32,000 nt of DNA from Candidatus Arthromitus sp. SFB-rat-Yit (GCF_000283555.1 NC_016012.1:510001-542000), one strand, 5' to 3'; numbered from the stretch's first letter, positions 9,581-20,332 are shown. Numbers and translations: made by a program. Notes: generated by a model not told the origin, from the sequence alone.

Positions 9581-10282
9581 ATCAAGGTAAAGAGGATAGT
9601 TGATAGTTTTAATAATGCATTAGAAGGTATGTTATATGCTGTTAGAACACAAATGAACATGAAAATACATTTGGTTATGGCATTTTTTATAATGTGCATA
9701 TCTTTATTTTATGATATAACTAAAATTGAATTGATAATACTATCTTTAACAATAACGTTAGTTGTTTTTGCAGAGCTTATTAATACGGCTATTGAAGTAG
9801 CAATTGATGCTACAACAAATTATTATCATCCATTAGCTAAAATAGCTAAGAATATATCGGCAGGAGCAGTATTACTTACTGCACTTAATGCAGGTTTTAT
9901 TGGATATTTAATATTTTGGGATAAAATAAGTAACTTTAGTTTTACAGTTATAAACAAAATTAAACAGAGTAATCCGTACATGGTATTTATTATTTTGTTT
10001 ATGGTTGTTATATTCACTGTAATAGCTAAAGCTATATATGGGGAAGGAACTCCATTAAGAGGTGGAATGCCGAGTGGTCATAGTACTATTTCATTTTCTA
10101 TAGCAACGATAATGGCGTTTATAACAAACGAACCTATTATTGTTGGGTTAAGCTTTATTATGGCGGTTATTGTTGCGCAGAGTAGAGTAGATACTGGAGT
10201 ACATAGTTTGAATGAAGTTATTGTTGGAGCTTTTATAGGTATAGGGTTAACAGTTGTAATACTTAAAATATTTTATAATTAA
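9581..10282 (+). CDS. dgkA: Diacylglycerol/undecaprenol kinase (DgkA) fused to a PAP2 phosphatase domain
   Basis: DAGK motif (ITLVVFAELINTAIEVAIDATTNYYHPLAKIAKNISAGAVLL) followed by PAP2 motifs (GEGTPLRGGMPSGHSTISFS ... QSRVDTGVHSLNEVIVG). The ORF-track start (9629) truncates a conserved N-terminus; the true start is probably a non-canonical ATC at 9581 or ATT at 9575. Confidence 0.85.
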   Translation: MKVKRIVDSFNNALEGMLYAVRTQMNMKIHLVMAFFIMCISLFYDITKIELIILSLTITLVVFAELINTAIEVAIDATTNYYHPLAKIAKNISAGAVLLTALNAGFIGYLIFWDKISNFSFTVINKIKQSNPYMVFIILFMVVIFTVIAKAIYGEGTPLRGGMPSGHSTISFSIATIMAFITNEPIIVGLSFIMAVIVAQSRVDTGVHSLNEVIVGAFIGIGLTVVILKIFYN

Positions 10283-10300
10283 TTTTAGGAGGAGTATTGT

Positions 10301-10708
10301 TTGGATAAAGTATTGATACAAGATCTTATAGGTAAATCATTAGAAGTTAGAGAAAAAGCGTATGTTCCATATTCCAAATTTCCTGTAGGTTCTAGTGTTT
10401 TATTTGAGAATTCAAAAATATTTACTGGATGTAATGTGGAAAATGCATCTTTTGGAGCGAGTAATTGTGCTGAGAGGACTGCCATATTTAAGGCAGTTTC
10501 TGAAGGATATAGAAAGATATATGCGTTATGTGTTGTTGGATCTTTAAATGATTTTACATATCCTTGTGGAATATGCAGACAAGTTTTATCAGAGTTTGTT
10601 TTTGATATGAATATTCCAGTAATCATAGCTAAGAATAAAGAAGAGTATAGAGTACATAAATTAAGTGAAATTTTGCCGTATGATTTTGGAGTGAAAAATT
10701 TAATTTAG
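10301..10708 (+). CDS. cdd: Cytidine deaminase
   Basis: GCNVENASFGASNCAERTAIFKA and YPCGICRQVLSEF zinc-binding motifs. TTG start, GGAGG SD. Confidence 0.95.
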   Translation: MDKVLIQDLIGKSLEVREKAYVPYSKFPVGSSVLFENSKIFTGCNVENASFGASNCAERTAIFKAVSEGYRKIYALCVVGSLNDFTYPCGICRQVLSEFVFDMNIPVIIAKNKEEYRVHKLSEILPYDFGVKNLI

Positions 10709-10728
10709 AAAGTATATGAGGTCGTTTA

Positions 10729-11613
10729 ATGCACAAATCTGGATTTGTAAGTATAATTGGAAGAGCAAATGTTGGAAAATCAACTTTACTTAATAATTTT
10801 ATAAATCAAAAATTAAGTATTGTATCGAGTAAGCCACAAACTACGAGAAATAATGTAATCGGGATATTGAATGATGAAAATTACCAAATAATATTTACGG
10901 ATACTCCAGGGTATCACAAACCAAGATATAAATTGGGAAATTATATGATTAAATCTATTTCTGATGGTTTGAAAGAAACGGATATTATTATTTTTGTAGC
11001 TAACATTAGGAAAGAAATTCCAAGACTTGATCTTGAAATTTTAGAAAAGATAAAAGATTTTAATATTCCAAAAATATTTGTACTTAATAAATGTGACGAA
11101 ATAAACAGCAAGGATATAATGGATGTATTATCCAGGTATAGTAAGATTCTTGATTTTAATGAGTATATACCAATATCAGCACTTAATGGGAAAAATGTTG
11201 ATAAATTATTGGGGTTAATATTAAAATATTTACCTAACGGACCTAAGTATTACGACAGTGATCAGATGGCTGCTAATAACGAAAAATTCTTTATATCTGA
11301 GATTGTAAGAGAAAAAATTTTAAAACTTATACGTGATGAAGTTCCTCATGGCGTAGGAGTTGAAATAGTATCTATGAAGTATGATGATGAAAAGAAAAAA
11401 TATAATATTGAAGGAAATATTTTTTGTGATAAGGAAACTCATAAAGTGATAATAATTGGTAAAAACGGGGAAATGTTAAAGAAAATTTCAACGTATTCAC
11501 GTCAAGATATGGAAAGATTTTTAGGCAGTAAAGTGTATATACGTATGTGGGTTAAGGTTAGAAATAACTGGAGAGATGATAATAATCATCTTAAGAGTTT
11601 AGGATATAAGTAA
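10729..11613 (+). CDS. era: GTPase Era
   Basis: G1 GRANVGKSTLLN, G3 DTPGYHKP, G4 NKCD, and C-terminal KH region (GVGVEIVSMKYDDEKKKYNIEG...). Confidence 0.95.
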   Translation: MHKSGFVSIIGRANVGKSTLLNNFINQKLSIVSSKPQTTRNNVIGILNDENYQIIFTDTPGYHKPRYKLGNYMIKSISDGLKETDIIIFVANIRKEIPRLDLEILEKIKDFNIPKIFVLNKCDEINSKDIMDVLSRYSKILDFNEYIPISALNGKNVDKLLGLILKYLPNGPKYYDSDQMAANNEKFFISEIVREKILKLIRDEVPHGVGVEIVSMKYDDEKKKYNIEGNIFCDKETHKVIIIGKNGEMLKKISTYSRQDMERFLGSKVYIRMWVKVRNNWRDDNNHLKSLGYK

Positions 11614-11618
11614 TTTTT

Positions 11619-11647
11619 GGAAGTATTTTGTATACTTCCTTTTTTAT
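11619..11647 (+). terminator. Rho-independent terminator downstream of era
   Basis: GGAAGTAT-TTTGT-ATACTTCC perfect stem followed by a T tract. Confidence 0.85.
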
Positions 11648-11745
11648 TTTGTAGTGAAATTATAATTAAGATATAATAAACACATATTTTGAAATTTTTA
11701 AAATAGGAGGTGAATATTTCATAAATACTTTTATGAAGTTAGAAA

Positions 11746-12486
11746 TTGAAGTTAATTGATATAAAAGGTTTCGTATTAAAAGAGCAGACGTACAAGGAAA
11801 ATGATAAGATTATATGGGTATTGTGTGAAAATATAGGTAAGGTATCCATATTAGCGAAAAATGCAAAGAAAATGAAAAATTCGAAGTTTGTACTTACTCA
11901 GTTATTTAGTTTGGTGCAACTTACTCTTGTTAAGGGTAAAAGTTTTTATTATATAGAAGATGGTTCTCTTATTAAAAATGTGAATTTTATAAATAATGAG
12001 GATATTATTTTCTATCTTTCTTATTTTTTTGAATTGCTTGATATTTCTTTTAATGATGGAGATGTGATAGATGTAAATTTTTTTAAAATTTTAATAAAGA
12101 TATTTTTGATATTGGAATCAAATACCATAGATAAAGATTTAATATTGAGAATTTTTGAATTTAAATTGTTGAAAAAATTAGGATGTAATATAGAATTTGA
12201 AAAATGTAATTATTGTTCACAAAATTTGAAAGAAAGTGTAGTATGGTTTGATTTTACTTTTCAGAGCGTTGTATGTAATTCTTGTTCTAAATTAAAGGAG
12301 TTTAAGATTGAAAATAGAATTATAAACATTATGAGATTTTTAAGTAAACTTGATATTAGAAATATACCGAGATTAAGTGTAACCAGTAGTGATATGAAAT
12401 TTATTTTTAATTTTAATAAAATTTTACTTGATCAAAATCTTATTAAAATGCCTAATAGTATAAAGTTTTTGGGAGGATATGAGTAA
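11746..12486 (+). CDS. recO: DNA repair protein RecO
   Basis: N-terminal OB-fold sequence IKGFVLKEQTYKENDKIIWVLCENIGKVSILAKNAKK and zinc-finger cysteines CNYCSQ...CNSCSK. TTG start. Located after era. Confidence 0.9.
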   Translation: MKLIDIKGFVLKEQTYKENDKIIWVLCENIGKVSILAKNAKKMKNSKFVLTQLFSLVQLTLVKGKSFYYIEDGSLIKNVNFINNEDIIFYLSYFFELLDISFNDGDVIDVNFFKILIKIFLILESNTIDKDLILRIFEFKLLKKLGCNIEFEKCNYCSQNLKESVVWFDFTFQSVVCNSCSKLKEFKIENRIINIMRFLSKLDIRNIPRLSVTSSDMKFIFNFNKILLDQNLIKMPNSIKFLGGYE

Positions 12487-13288
12487 TATGAGTGATAATT
12501 TATTGTTTCAAAACATGGAGATATTAAAAGAAAAATTTGGGGTTAGTTATAAAGAGGCGAAGGAAGTTTTACAAAACAATAATAATGATTTAATAGAAGC
12601 TTTGATATATCTTGAGGAGATATATCCTATTAAAGAAAAAAGTTGTTTAGTTAAGTCACATTTATTATATTTGAAAAATAGATTGTCTGACTTGTATGTT
12701 GAGGGAAGTAATCAGAGAATTATTTTTAGTAAGAATGATGAAGTGATATTGGATATTCCTCTAACAGCACTTATAATTAGTTCATTTACATTTGTATTAT
12801 ACCCTTTACTTTTACCGCTTCATATAGGGAGTATATTGTTGTTTGATATACAGGTGAAGGTTGTTGATAAATCAGGGAAAGTTTATGATGTGAATTCTAA
12901 TGTGAAGCAAAAGGTAAGTGATACAATAGCAACATCTAAAGATAAGATAAATGATATTATTTTAAATGCAAATATTAAAGCAAAAACAGATGATATCAAG
13001 ATGAAAGCAGTCGAATTTGGAAAAAAGGCAATGGAAAATTTTAATGGAATGGTTGAAAACAAAATAGCTAATACAATAAAAGAAAAATCCTCAAATTATG
13101 CTAAGTTCGTTTATGATGTGGAAACTGATCATATAACGGAAGAAATCAATTTTGATAATGATATAGAAAATGATAATGAGAATCATGATTTTATAGAAGT
13201 TACTGAATTTGCTGAAAGCTCAGATGTTGAAATTTCAAAAAACGAAGAAGATAGTATAAAAAATGAAAAAATTGCAGAAAATGAGTGA
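12479..13288 (+). CDS. DUF4342 family protein with N-terminal UBA/TS-N-like segment
   Basis: EILKEKFGVSYKEAKEVLQNNNNDLIEALIYLEE followed by a DUF4342-like hydrophobic hairpin and a long charged C-terminus. SD GGGAGG at 12470-12475. Confidence 0.7.
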   Translation: MSNMSDNLLFQNMEILKEKFGVSYKEAKEVLQNNNNDLIEALIYLEEIYPIKEKSCLVKSHLLYLKNRLSDLYVEGSNQRIIFSKNDEVILDIPLTALIISSFTFVLYPLLLPLHIGSILLFDIQVKVVDKSGKVYDVNSNVKQKVSDTIATSKDKINDIILNANIKAKTDDIKMKAVEFGKKAMENFNGMVENKIANTIKEKSSNYAKFVYDVETDHITEEINFDNDIENDNENHDFIEVTEFAESSDVEISKNEEDSIKNEKIAENE

Positions 13289-13455
13289 AAAATTGCGATA
13301 AATTGGATTTGATTTCCTGTAATAATAAATATTTAAATAATTTAATTTATATACAATAATTGTGAAATAATGTATAATTAAGTAGGTTTTAGTCAAACAT
13401 TAAATTATGCGCAGCAGTATAATTTTATTTCTTAAGAATAAAAGGAGTGAATTAA

Positions 13456-16083
13456 ATGTCTAAGAAGTATGTTTACCTTTTTAGTGAAGGTGATTCTTCT
13501 ATGAAAAACCTTCTTGGAGGAAAAGGAGTTAACCTTTGTGAAATGACAAAAATTGGAGTTCCAGTTCCTCAAGGGTTTATCGTAAGCACAGAAGCATGTA
13601 ATCAATATTATGAGGATGGGAAAGTTTTAACTTCAAGCATTGAGCAAGAAATTTATGAAACAATGAAGAAGTTAGAAAATATAACAGGCAAGCAATTTGG
13701 TGGAACAACTAATCCTCTATTAGTTTCAGTTAGATCAGGTGCTAGGGTTTCTATGCCTGGAATGATGGATACAATTTTAAATTTAGGATTAAATGATGAA
13801 GTTGTTGAAGTTATATCAAAATCAACAAATAATGAAAGATTTGCGTATGATTCTTACAGAAGATTCATTCAAATGTTTTCGGATGTTGTTATGGGTATTG
13901 AAAAGAAAAGCTTCGAAAATTTAATGGACGAGATGAAAGAGAAGAAGGGTGTTAAACTTGACACTGAGTTGAATGCTAATGACTTGAAAGAATTGGTAAA
14001 ACAATTTAAGGATCATTATAAGAAAGAAAAAGGTGAAGATTTCCCAAGTGATCCTAAGAAACAATTAATTGAAGCGGTTGTTGCTGTATTTAGATCATGG
14101 AATAATCCAAGAGCTATAGTTTATAGAAGAATGAATGATTATCCATCAAGCTGGGGTACGGCAGTTAATGTTCAAGAAATGGTATTTGGTAATAAAGGTG
14201 AACAGTCAGGTACTGGAGTTGCTTTTTCAAGGAATCCATCCACAGGAGAGAATAAAATATTTGCTGAGTATCTAATGAATGCTCAAGGTGAGGATGTTGT
14301 TGCAGGTATAAGAACACCTGAACCAATTGAAACATTAGAGAAAAGGAATCCTGCCATATATAAAGAGTTCATGGATATAGTTGAAAAATTAGAGAAGCAT
14401 TATAAAGATATGCAAGATATGGAATTTACGATTGAAGAAGGGAAACTATATTTCTTACAAACAAGAAACGGTAAGAGAACAGCTCAAGCAGCTTTAAAAA
14501 TTGCTGTTGATTTAGTTGAGGAAAAGTTAATTAATAAAGAGGAAGCGATATTAAAGGTTGAACCTAAGCAATTGGATACATTGTTACACCCTACATTTGA
14601 CCCGCAAGTAATTAAGAATTCTACTCCAATAACAAAAGGTCTCCCAGCATCACCTGGAGCGGCTACAGGTAAGATTGCGTTTACAGCTCAAGAAGCTAAG
14701 GATAGAGCGGCTAATGGAGAACAAGTTGTATTAGTTAGACTTGAAACATCTCCAGAAGATATTGAAGGAATGGTTGCTGCACAAGGAGTTCTTACAGTAA
14801 GGGGAGGAATGACTTCTCACGCAGCTGTTGTTGCAAGAGGAATGGGAACTTGTTGCGTTGCGGGATGTGGAGATATAAAAATTGATGAAGATGCTAGGGT
14901 ATTAGAAGTTAATGGTAAGAAGTATACATCAAATGATTTTATATCTATAGATGGTTCTACTGGTAACGTATACGGAGAACAAATTAAAACTGTTGCTCCA
15001 GAAATAAGTGGATATTTTGAAATATTTATGAAATGGGCGGATGAGATTAGATCTTTAAGAGTTCGTACTAACGCAGATACTCCAAAAGATGCTGAGCAAG
15101 CTATTAAGTTTGGAGCGGAAGGAATTGGATTATGTAGAACAGAACATATGTTCTTTGAAGCCGATAGAATTCCTGTAGTTAGAGAAATGATAGTTTCTAA
15201 AACAGAAGATCAAAGGAGAGCGGCATTAGATAAATTATTGCCAATGCAGAGAAAAGATTTTGAAGGTTTGTATGAGGCAATGGAAGGTCATCCAGTTACA
15301 ATAAGATTTTTGGATCCACCTTTACACGAGTTTTTACCTCATAAAGATGAGGAAATTAAAGAACTTGCTGCTGAAATGGGATTAACATTCGAAGACTTAA
15401 AGAATACTGTAGAGAGTTTACATGAATTTAACCCTATGATGGGACATAGGGGATGTAGATTGAGCGTTTCGTATCCTGAAATAGCTGAGATGCAAACTAG
15501 AGCTGTAATAGAAGCTGCTATAAATGTAAATAAAGCAAAGGGATTAAATGTAATTCCAGAAATAATGATTCCATTAGTTGGAGAAATAAAAGAGCTTAAA
15601 TATGTAAAAGAAGTTGTAGTTAAAACAGCTGAAAAAGTAATGGAAGAAAAGGGTGTTAAATTAGAGTACATGGTTGGTACAATGATTGAAATACCTAGAG
15701 CAGCTCTTACAGCTGATGAAATAGCAAAAGAAGCTGAGTTCTTCTCATTTGGTACAAATGATTTGACTCAAATGACTTTTGGATTTTCAAGAGATGATGC
15801 GTCTAGATTTTTAAATGACTATTATGATAAACAAATTTATGAATCGGATCCATTTGCAAGAATTGATGAAAATGGTGTAGGACAATTAGTTAAGATAGCT
15901 GTAGAAAAGGGTAAGAAAACGAGACCAGGCATAAAACTTGGTATTTGTGGAGAGCATGGTGGAGATCCATCTTCAATAGAGTTTTGTCATAATTCTGGAT
16001 TAAACTATGTATCATGTTCACCATTTAGAGTTCCTGTTGCAAGACTTGCTGCAGCACAAGCTCAGGTTAAAAATAAAAGATAA
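13456..16083 (+). CDS. ppdK: Pyruvate, phosphate dikinase
   Basis: LLGGKGVNLCEMTKIGVPVPQGFIVSTEAC, GGMTSHAAVVARGMGTCCVAG and the C-terminal PEP-binding barrel GTNDLTQMTFGFSRDD...GICGEHGGDPSSI. Confidence 0.97.
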   Translation: MSKKYVYLFSEGDSSMKNLLGGKGVNLCEMTKIGVPVPQGFIVSTEACNQYYEDGKVLTSSIEQEIYETMKKLENITGKQFGGTTNPLLVSVRSGARVSMPGMMDTILNLGLNDEVVEVISKSTNNERFAYDSYRRFIQMFSDVVMGIEKKSFENLMDEMKEKKGVKLDTELNANDLKELVKQFKDHYKKEKGEDFPSDPKKQLIEAVVAVFRSWNNPRAIVYRRMNDYPSSWGTAVNVQEMVFGNKGEQSGTGVAFSRNPSTGENKIFAEYLMNAQGEDVVAGIRTPEPIETLEKRNPAIYKEFMDIVEKLEKHYKDMQDMEFTIEEGKLYFLQTRNGKRTAQAALKIAVDLVEEKLINKEEAILKVEPKQLDTLLHPTFDPQVIKNSTPITKGLPASPGAATGKIAFTAQEAKDRAANGEQVVLVRLETSPEDIEGMVAAQGVLTVRGGMTSHAAVVARGMGTCCVAGCGDIKIDEDARVLEVNGKKYTSNDFISIDGSTGNVYGEQIKTVAPEISGYFEIFMKWADEIRSLRVRTNADTPKDAEQAIKFGAEGIGLCRTEHMFFEADRIPVVREMIVSKTEDQRRAALDKLLPMQRKDFEGLYEAMEGHPVTIRFLDPPLHEFLPHKDEEIKELAAEMGLTFEDLKNTVESLHEFNPMMGHRGCRLSVSYPEIAEMQTRAVIEAAINVNKAKGLNVIPEIMIPLVGEIKELKYVKEVVVKTAEKVMEEKGVKLEYMVGTMIEIPRAALTADEIAKEAEFFSFGTNDLTQMTFGFSRDDASRFLNDYYDKQIYESDPFARIDENGVGQLVKIAVEKGKKTRPGIKLGICGEHGGDPSSIEFCHNSGLNYVSCSPFRVPVARLAAAQAQVKNKR

Positions 16084-16087
16084 TTTA

Positions 16088-16117
16088 AAAAGCTGACTAT
16101 TAATTTAGTCAGCTTTT
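16088..16117. terminator. Rho-independent terminator between convergent ppdK and the CotS-like gene
   Basis: AAAGCTGACTA-TTAATT-TAGTCAGCTTT near-perfect stem followed by a T-rich sequence. The - strand CDS stop (TGA, 16111-16109) lies inside the 3' arm. Confidence 0.85.
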
Positions 16118-17152
16118 ATTTATTTTCATGTTAAACTTAGAACTAATATATTGTTCAAAATTTTTAATAAATAATAAGTGTTTATCAAAATCATTACATG
16201 ATTTAATTAAATTATTTTCATAATTTTCTATCTCTTTATTTGTTAAAATGTGATTGCTATGGAAATATAATTTAGATATTTTTAAAAATTTATATGGAAA
16301 TGACAGATATGATAATAAATAAAAATATTCGTCTATGAATATTGGGTTATTTGAATTGTAATAGTTTAATAATGTTAAAGTATTTTTAATATTCCAAGAA
16401 TCAAATGAATGTTTTAGATATCTTTTTAAAAAATATCCAAAATCGTATATTGAATAATTTATACAGCATCTATCAAAATCTATTGGAATAACAGATTTAT
16501 CATTTATAATGATATTTTTATTTACATAATCACCATGACATAAACTAATGTTTAAATTTTTAAAGTTTGTTATTAATGAATATCTATATGCATTATTTGC
16601 TAAATACAATGAATTATAAAAATTACTTAAAAAAATTTTTGAAAATTTATCATTTTTTAATTTGGCTATTTCATGTAATTTATGTAAATCCTGAATATAT
16701 TTTATGAATTTATTTTTAATGTTAACTAAATTAATAGTTGGAACTGAATATTTTATGAAATCAATTTTATTTAAATGAAAGTGTATTTTTGAAATAATTT
16801 TAATAGCTCTAATACAATCATCTAAGTTATTATATAAAAGCTTATTTCCACTTATCCAATTGCTTAATGTATAAATTTTATTATTGTATAATGTGAAGGG
16901 TTTATTATTAATAGATTTAATAAAATATGGAACTTCAAATTTATATAATTTTAGCCATTCTAAATATGAATAAATAAATAATATTTTTTGTACGTTAAAA
17001 TATGTTTGTTTAAGACAAAATGATTTGTCGAAAGTAGTTATTTTATATATAATTCTAGATTTTTTTGAAGTTTTTTCCTTTATTTTTTTAATTTTATAAT
17101 TTTTAATATTAAAATTAGACAGAATATATGATAAATCTATATTTTTATACAT
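16109..17152 (-). CDS. CotS-family spore coat / aminoglycoside phosphotransferase-fold protein
   Basis: APH/CotS-like catalytic motif LSLCHGDYVNKNIIINDKSVIPIDFDRCCINYSIYDFGYFLKR and general domain organisation. Assignment is at family level only. Confidence 0.7.
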   Translation of the reverse strand: MYKNIDLSYILSNFNIKNYKIKKIKEKTSKKSRIIYKITTFDKSFCLKQTYFNVQKILFIYSYLEWLKLYKFEVPYFIKSINNKPFTLYNNKIYTLSNWISGNKLLYNNLDDCIRAIKIISKIHFHLNKIDFIKYSVPTINLVNIKNKFIKYIQDLHKLHEIAKLKNDKFSKIFLSNFYNSLYLANNAYRYSLITNFKNLNISLCHGDYVNKNIIINDKSVIPIDFDRCCINYSIYDFGYFLKRYLKHSFDSWNIKNTLTLLNYYNSNNPIFIDEYFYLLSYLSFPYKFLKISKLYFHSNHILTNKEIENYENNLIKSCNDFDKHLLFIKNFEQYISSKFNMKINKS

Positions 17153-17448
17153 AATATTATTTTCCTTAAAATCAAATATATAAATAAAGATATTTTAAAA
17201 ATTATTATATTATACATTATTTTTTAAAAATATATTAAAGTTAGAAGGAAAATATATTTAAATGGAGAATATTAATATATGAGATAATGCTAAATATTAA
17301 TTTTTATTACTTTTTGTAGAAAAATGGAAAAAAAATTTTTGTATTTTTTGATTAAACTTGTTAATTGGGAATAATAATGTTAAAAGATGGAAAAATTAAT
17401 AAATGTATAATTTACACCTTTTGATATGTTTATATAAGGTGATTATTA

Positions 17449-19236
17449 ATGAGAATTTCTGATGATATTATAAAAGAGATAGAAAATAAAAATGATATTG
17501 TAGATGTACTAAGTGAATATATAAATTTTAAAAAAAGCGGAGATAATTACTTTGCTTTATGTCCATTTCATAGCGAAAAGAGTGGATCGTTTGTTGCATC
17601 TAAAAGTAAGCAGATTTTCAAATGTTTTGGCTGCGGTGAAAGTGGAAATGTTATTTCTTTTATTATGAAATATAAAGGATTAGATTTCCTACAAGCAATG
17701 AATTTTTTAGCACAGCGTGTTGGTATTTTATTAGATACGCATCATTCGCAAAAAGATCTACATAAATATTATAGAATACTTAATGATACTGCAAGATATT
17801 TTTATTTAAATCTAAAAAAAAATAATAATGTTAAGCAATATTTAATAAATAGAGGATTATCTGAGGCTACTATTATTAAATTTGGATTAGGCTATTCTTT
17901 AAATAGTTTTAAAGCATTAAATATTTATTTACTAAACAAAGGATATGAACCAAATGATTTATTAGAGTTAGGTTTGATTAATAAAAAAAATGAAAATATA
18001 TATGATCGTTTTATAAATAGGGTCATGTTTCCAATATTTAATGTTAATGGAAATGTTATAGGATTTGGAGGTAGAACTTTAGAGAATAGAACACCTAAGT
18101 ATTTAAATTCTAAAGAAAGTTGTATATTTAAAAAGAGGAATAATCTATATGGTTTAAATTTCTTAGTTAAGGAAAATATGTCTTATGATTCTATCATTAT
18201 TGTTGAAGGTTATTTAGATTGTATATCTTTATATAATAGTGGGATAAAAAATGTAGTTGCATCTTTGGGTACATCCTTGACAATAGATCAAATTAAACTT
18301 TTAAGTAAGTATACTAGAAGGATATATTTATGCTTTGATACTGATGAGGCTGGGAAAAAGGCAACAATTAGGGCTTTTGATATATTTAAAGAGTTTATTA
18401 ATGACGATGTGCTTGAAGTTTATGTTGTAGAATTATACGGATCTAAAGATCCGGATGAGTTTTTAAAGAACAATTCAGTAGATAAATTTTTTAAATGTAT
18501 TAATAACAGTAATACATTAGTAGAATATATATTATTATATTATATGAAAAATTTGGATTTATCTAAAAATGTATACAAAAAAAAATATTTAAATACTGTG
18601 AAGAATATAATAGTACAACTAAATATTGTTGATAAGGAACATTATATAAAGATTATATCAAAGAATTTGATGATTAGAGAAGAATTAATTGTAGACTATT
18701 TAAATGATAATTCTAAGAATGTAAAACTAATAAATAATGAAATTGAAAAAAATTTTATTGAAAGTGCGATTGCTAAATCTGAAAGGCAATTATTAAATTT
18801 GATGTTAAATAAAGAATATTTAACATATATCTTAAATAATAATGTGGATGAGAACTTATTTTGTATTAAGGAACATAGGGAAGCATTTAAACTAATATCT
18901 AATTTTGATGGCGATGAATTGAATATAGTAGATTATTTAAAAAATAAGTTAAATACTTATGAGGGTATTAAATTAATAACATATTTTAAAGAAAACATAG
19001 GAAATTACGATAAAAACAATGTTATTAAACAAATTAGTGATTTTATAAAAGTTTTAAAAAATAATGTAGTAAGTGATTTTAAAAAGAAAATTGCGTATTT
19101 GATAAAAGAAAATGAGTATGCACATGATGAGGATAAGTTTATTGAATATCTTAGTGTATTTAATACAGTATCTAAATTAGAGAGAGATGGAAATTTATCG
19201 GATATTATGGATTTTATTAGTAATTTTAAGGTGTGA
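17449..19236 (+). CDS. dnaG: DNA primase
   Basis: Zinc finger [34 protein letters not shown] and [35 protein letters not shown]...[13 protein letters not shown]. Confidence 0.95.
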   Translation: MRISDDIIKEIENKNDIVDVLSEYINFKKSGDNYFALCPFHSEKSGSFVASKSKQIFKCFGCGESGNVISFIMKYKGLDFLQAMNFLAQRVGILLDTHHSQKDLHKYYRILNDTARYFYLNLKKNNNVKQYLINRGLSEATIIKFGLGYSLNSFKALNIYLLNKGYEPNDLLELGLINKKNENIYDRFINRVMFPIFNVNGNVIGFGGRTLENRTPKYLNSKESCIFKKRNNLYGLNFLVKENMSYDSIIIVEGYLDCISLYNSGIKNVVASLGTSLTIDQIKLLSKYTRRIYLCFDTDEAGKKATIRAFDIFKEFINDDVLEVYVVELYGSKDPDEFLKNNSVDKFFKCINNSNTLVEYILLYYMKNLDLSKNVYKKKYLNTVKNIIVQLNIVDKEHYIKIISKNLMIREELIVDYLNDNSKNVKLINNEIEKNFIESAIAKSERQLLNLMLNKEYLTYILNNNVDENLFCIKEHREAFKLISNFDGDELNIVDYLKNKLNTYEGIKLITYFKENIGNYDKNNVIKQISDFIKVLKNNVVSDFKKKIAYLIKENEYAHDEDKFIEYLSVFNTVSKLERDGNLSDIMDFISNFKV

Positions 19237-19258
19237 TTGTAGGAAGGAGGACAATTCT

Positions 19259-20332
19259 GTGAAGGATAATAGTTATGTTATGTCTGTCTTAAAAGGTTTG
19301 TTAACTAAAGGAAAAGAGTCAGGCGGATTATTATCCAAAGACATAATGGATGAATTAGAAGATGTAGACTTGACTCCAGAACATGTTGAAAAGTTATATA
19401 TAGCTTTAGACAAGATGGGAATAGAAGTGGTAGATAATTTTTCTAATGAATTTGTTGAGGATTTGGATTTAAACTCTGTAATACCTGAAGGTATTACTAT
19501 GGATGATCCTGTTAGAATGTATTTAAAAGAAATAGGAAGTGTTCAACTTCTTACGTCAGAAGAGGAGATTTTATTATCAAAAAAAATAAAGCAGAATGAT
19601 GTGACTTCTAGAATGGCTAGAAAGAAATTAGCAGAAGCAAATTTAAGATTGGTTGTGAGTATTGCTAAGAGGTATGTAGGAAGAGGAATGCTTTTTTTAG
19701 ATTTAATACAAGAGGGAAATCTTGGATTAATAAAAGCAGTAGAAAAGTTTGATCATACAAAGGGATTCAAATTTAGTACCTATGCTACATGGTGGATTAG
19801 ACAATCTATAACTAGAGCGATTGCAGATCAAGCTAGAACTATTAGAATTCCCGTTCATATGGTTGAAACTATTAATAAATATACTAGAGTATCTAGGCAA
19901 TTATTGCAAGAATTAGGGAGAGATCCTCTATCTGAAGAAATAGCAAAAGAAATGAATATGCCAGAGAATAAGGTGAGAGATATCCGTAAAATTGCACAGG
20001 AACCTGTATCTTTAGAAACTCCAATTGGAGAGGAAGAAGATAGTCATTTAGGTGATTTTATTCCTGATGATGATGCTCCTGCTCCTGCAGAGGTAGCAGC
20101 ATTTACTTTATTAAAAGAACAGCTAATGAATGTTTTAGATACTTTGAGTCCTAGAGAGAAAAATGTTTTAAAGCTTAGATTTGGGTTAGATGATGGAAGA
20201 GCTAGAACTTTAGAAGAAGTAGGTAAAGAATTCAAAGTTACCAGAGAAAGAATTAGACAAATAGAAGCTAAGGCTTTAAGAAAATTGCGTCATCCAAGTA
20301 GAAGTAAAAAATTAAAAGATTATTTAGAGTAG
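19259..20332 (+). CDS. rpoD: RNA polymerase primary sigma factor (sigma 70 / SigA)
   Basis: Regions 2-4: [54 protein letters not shown] ... [37 protein letters not shown] at 19259 preceded by AGGAAGGAGG is the probable start, not 19187. Confidence 0.96.
   Translation: MKDNSYVMSVLKGLLTKGKESGGLLSKDIMDELEDVDLTPEHVEKLYIALDKMGIEVVDNFSNEFVEDLDLNSVIPEGITMDDPVRMYLKEIGSVQLLTSEEEILLSKKIKQNDVTSRMARKKLAEANLRLVVSIAKRYVGRGMLFLDLIQEGNLGLIKAVEKFDHTKGFKFSTYATWWIRQSITRAIADQARTIRIPVHMVETINKYTRVSRQLLQELGRDPLSEEIAKEMNMPENKVRDIRKIAQEPVSLETPIGEEEDSHLGDFIPDDDAPAPAEVAAFTLLKEQLMNVLDTLSPREKNVLKLRFGLDDGRARTLEEVGKEFKVTRERIRQIEAKALRKLRHPSRSKKLKDYLE

Noticed and set aside
9826-10017. - strand 63-aa ORF within dgkA
   Set aside because: Antisense shadow of a strongly conserved CDS, with no independent support.
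10285-10626. - strand 113-aa ORF antisense to cdd
   Set aside because: Fully covered by the motif-confirmed cdd gene on the + strand.
15339-15671. - strand 110-aa ORF inside ppdK
   Set aside because: Antisense shadow ORF within the highly conserved ppdK C-terminal domain.
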